DNA of 6,217 nt from a virus (Duplodnaviria; Heunggongvirae; Uroviricota; Caudoviricetes), in the IMG/VR virus record IMGVR_UViG_2695420746_000008, one strand, 5' to 3'. Shown piece by piece: positions 5,495-6,217 of the stretch. Position 1 is the first letter of the stretch; each line of letters starts with the position of its first letter. Both the position numbers and the translations under genes were made by a program. The notes under the pieces were generated by a model. The model saw only the letters and a list, made by a program, of their open reading frames with translations. It did no database searches and was not told the DNA's origin.

Positions 5495-6217
5495 TTACCC
5501 CCTGAAGCCTGGCGGGATCGCACTGTCCGGCAACGAGACGGTGTTAACCTGTCGGAGCAACGTCTCAGGCCGAACACCTTTCGGCGCGAACAGGCCCTGG
5601 TATTCATTGGCGATGCTGTGTCGAATCACCTGCTCAGGTGTAAAACCCTGCTGACGGAATTTTTCCAGTTCCCGTATCGCCCCGTTAGCGCCCTGCTCCG
5701 TTCGAATCGGTTTTCGCAATGCCTGTCTGAACCGGACCCACTCATGCCAGAGTGTTTCCGGCAACCAATCGGGCAGCTCAATAGCCTCCGGCTCGAATTT
5801 TTTAGACGCTCGTTTTTGGCGAGGGGGAGATCAGTATTTAGATCTTCCTCTTCCTCTTCCTCTGGTAACGCTTTTTGATCCGTTTGTGTAACGCTGGCAG
5901 CGTTACCTTTTCGTTTCAGTTCGCGTATTTTTGTTACTCGCTCGTTTGTAACCGCCCGTTTTTTTTAGAGCTTTTTCCGTTATGACGTTCAAAGTTAGGT
6001 AGAGAAAGCCCTCCGTCATTTTCGACCAGCCATCCAACCTGAATTAACGCATCAGCAAAACCAGACATAAAAGTGATGCGATCTATTGCACTTTTTGTAA
6101 CGCCGCGAGCGTTACAATCTGCATTACCGTCTATCATTTGTTGATCCGCCCATGCCCAGAAGCGAATAACCTGAGGTAGCCTGAGTTTAACGGACACTCC
6201 TTCCTGAAATAGAATGG
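5495..6217 (-). pseudogene. Replication initiation protein with DnaT-like C-terminal domain (YdaU-like); frame broken by two -1 shifts at A-tracts; 5' end beyond the window
   Basis: Three consecutive minus-strand frames are needed: frame A (open from the window edge to TAA at 5934), frame C (about 5964 to 5770, KKRAVTNERVTKIRELKRKGNAASVTQTDQKALPEEEEEEDLNTDLPLAKNER) and frame B (5830 to 5495). Frame B has no ATG and only a TTG at 5764. Its C-terminus VNTVSLPDSAIPPGFRG matches the E. coli DnaT C-terminus VNTVSEPDSQIPPGFRG. Frame switches coincide with A8 (plus 5959-5966) and A6 (plus 5798-5803). Confidence 0.6.
5844..5861. repeat. (CTTCCT)3 hexanucleotide tandem repeat, encoding a Glu6 acidic linker on the minus strand
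   Basis: Direct reading: cttcct cttcct cttcct. In minus frame C this is GAG GAA GAG GAA GAG GAA. Confidence 0.9.

Noticed and set aside
5764-5764. TTG at 5764 as the genuine start of an independent 89-aa DnaT-domain protein
   Set aside because: No Shine-Dalgarno at suitable spacing and no ATG anywhere in the frame. The upstream region is open in an adjacent frame encoding a sensible linker, so a frameshifted longer gene is the better explanation.
368-5878. Plus-strand ORFs from the track (368..550, 519..713, 727..957, 1514..1798, 1692..2117, 3794..4171, 4760..5032, 4852..5070, 5298..5654, 5384..5878)
   Set aside because: Each lies antisense to a well-supported minus-strand gene. Translations are low-complexity or Ser/Arg/Pro-rich with no recognisable motifs, and none has a convincing ribosome-binding site. 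Treated as shadow ORFs.
1-6217. tRNA or rRNA genes, IS elements or transposase, integrase or att site
   Set aside because: I found no cloverleaf-compatible segments, no transposase-like ORF or terminal inverted repeats, and no integrase. The window appears to be internal to the prophage.

Overview
All credible genes in this window lie on the minus strand and form the early-right/nin region of a lambdoid prophage of an enterobacterium (E. coli-like). Read in the direction of transcription (high to low coordinates) the order is: a replication initiator with a DnaT-like C-terminus (5' end beyond the window, interrupted by two -1 frameshifts at A-tracts), a DnaC-like helicase loader, a winged-HTH protein, a small zinc-ribbon protein, a QueH-like (DUF208) Fe-S protein, a complete hok/mok type I toxin locus, a duplicated hok 3'-end module flanking an 87-nt run of N, a small Rem-position ORF, a DUF968 (YdfU-like) protein, RusA Holliday-junction resolvase and the 5' part of antiterminator Q. 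Plus-strand ORFs in the track look like antisense shadows. The most interesting points are the QueH-like accessory cassette sitting where K-12 Qin carries relBE, the hok locus with a partly masked second 3' module, and the frameshifted replication gene. All homology statements are from reading the translations and memory of the families; no database search was run.
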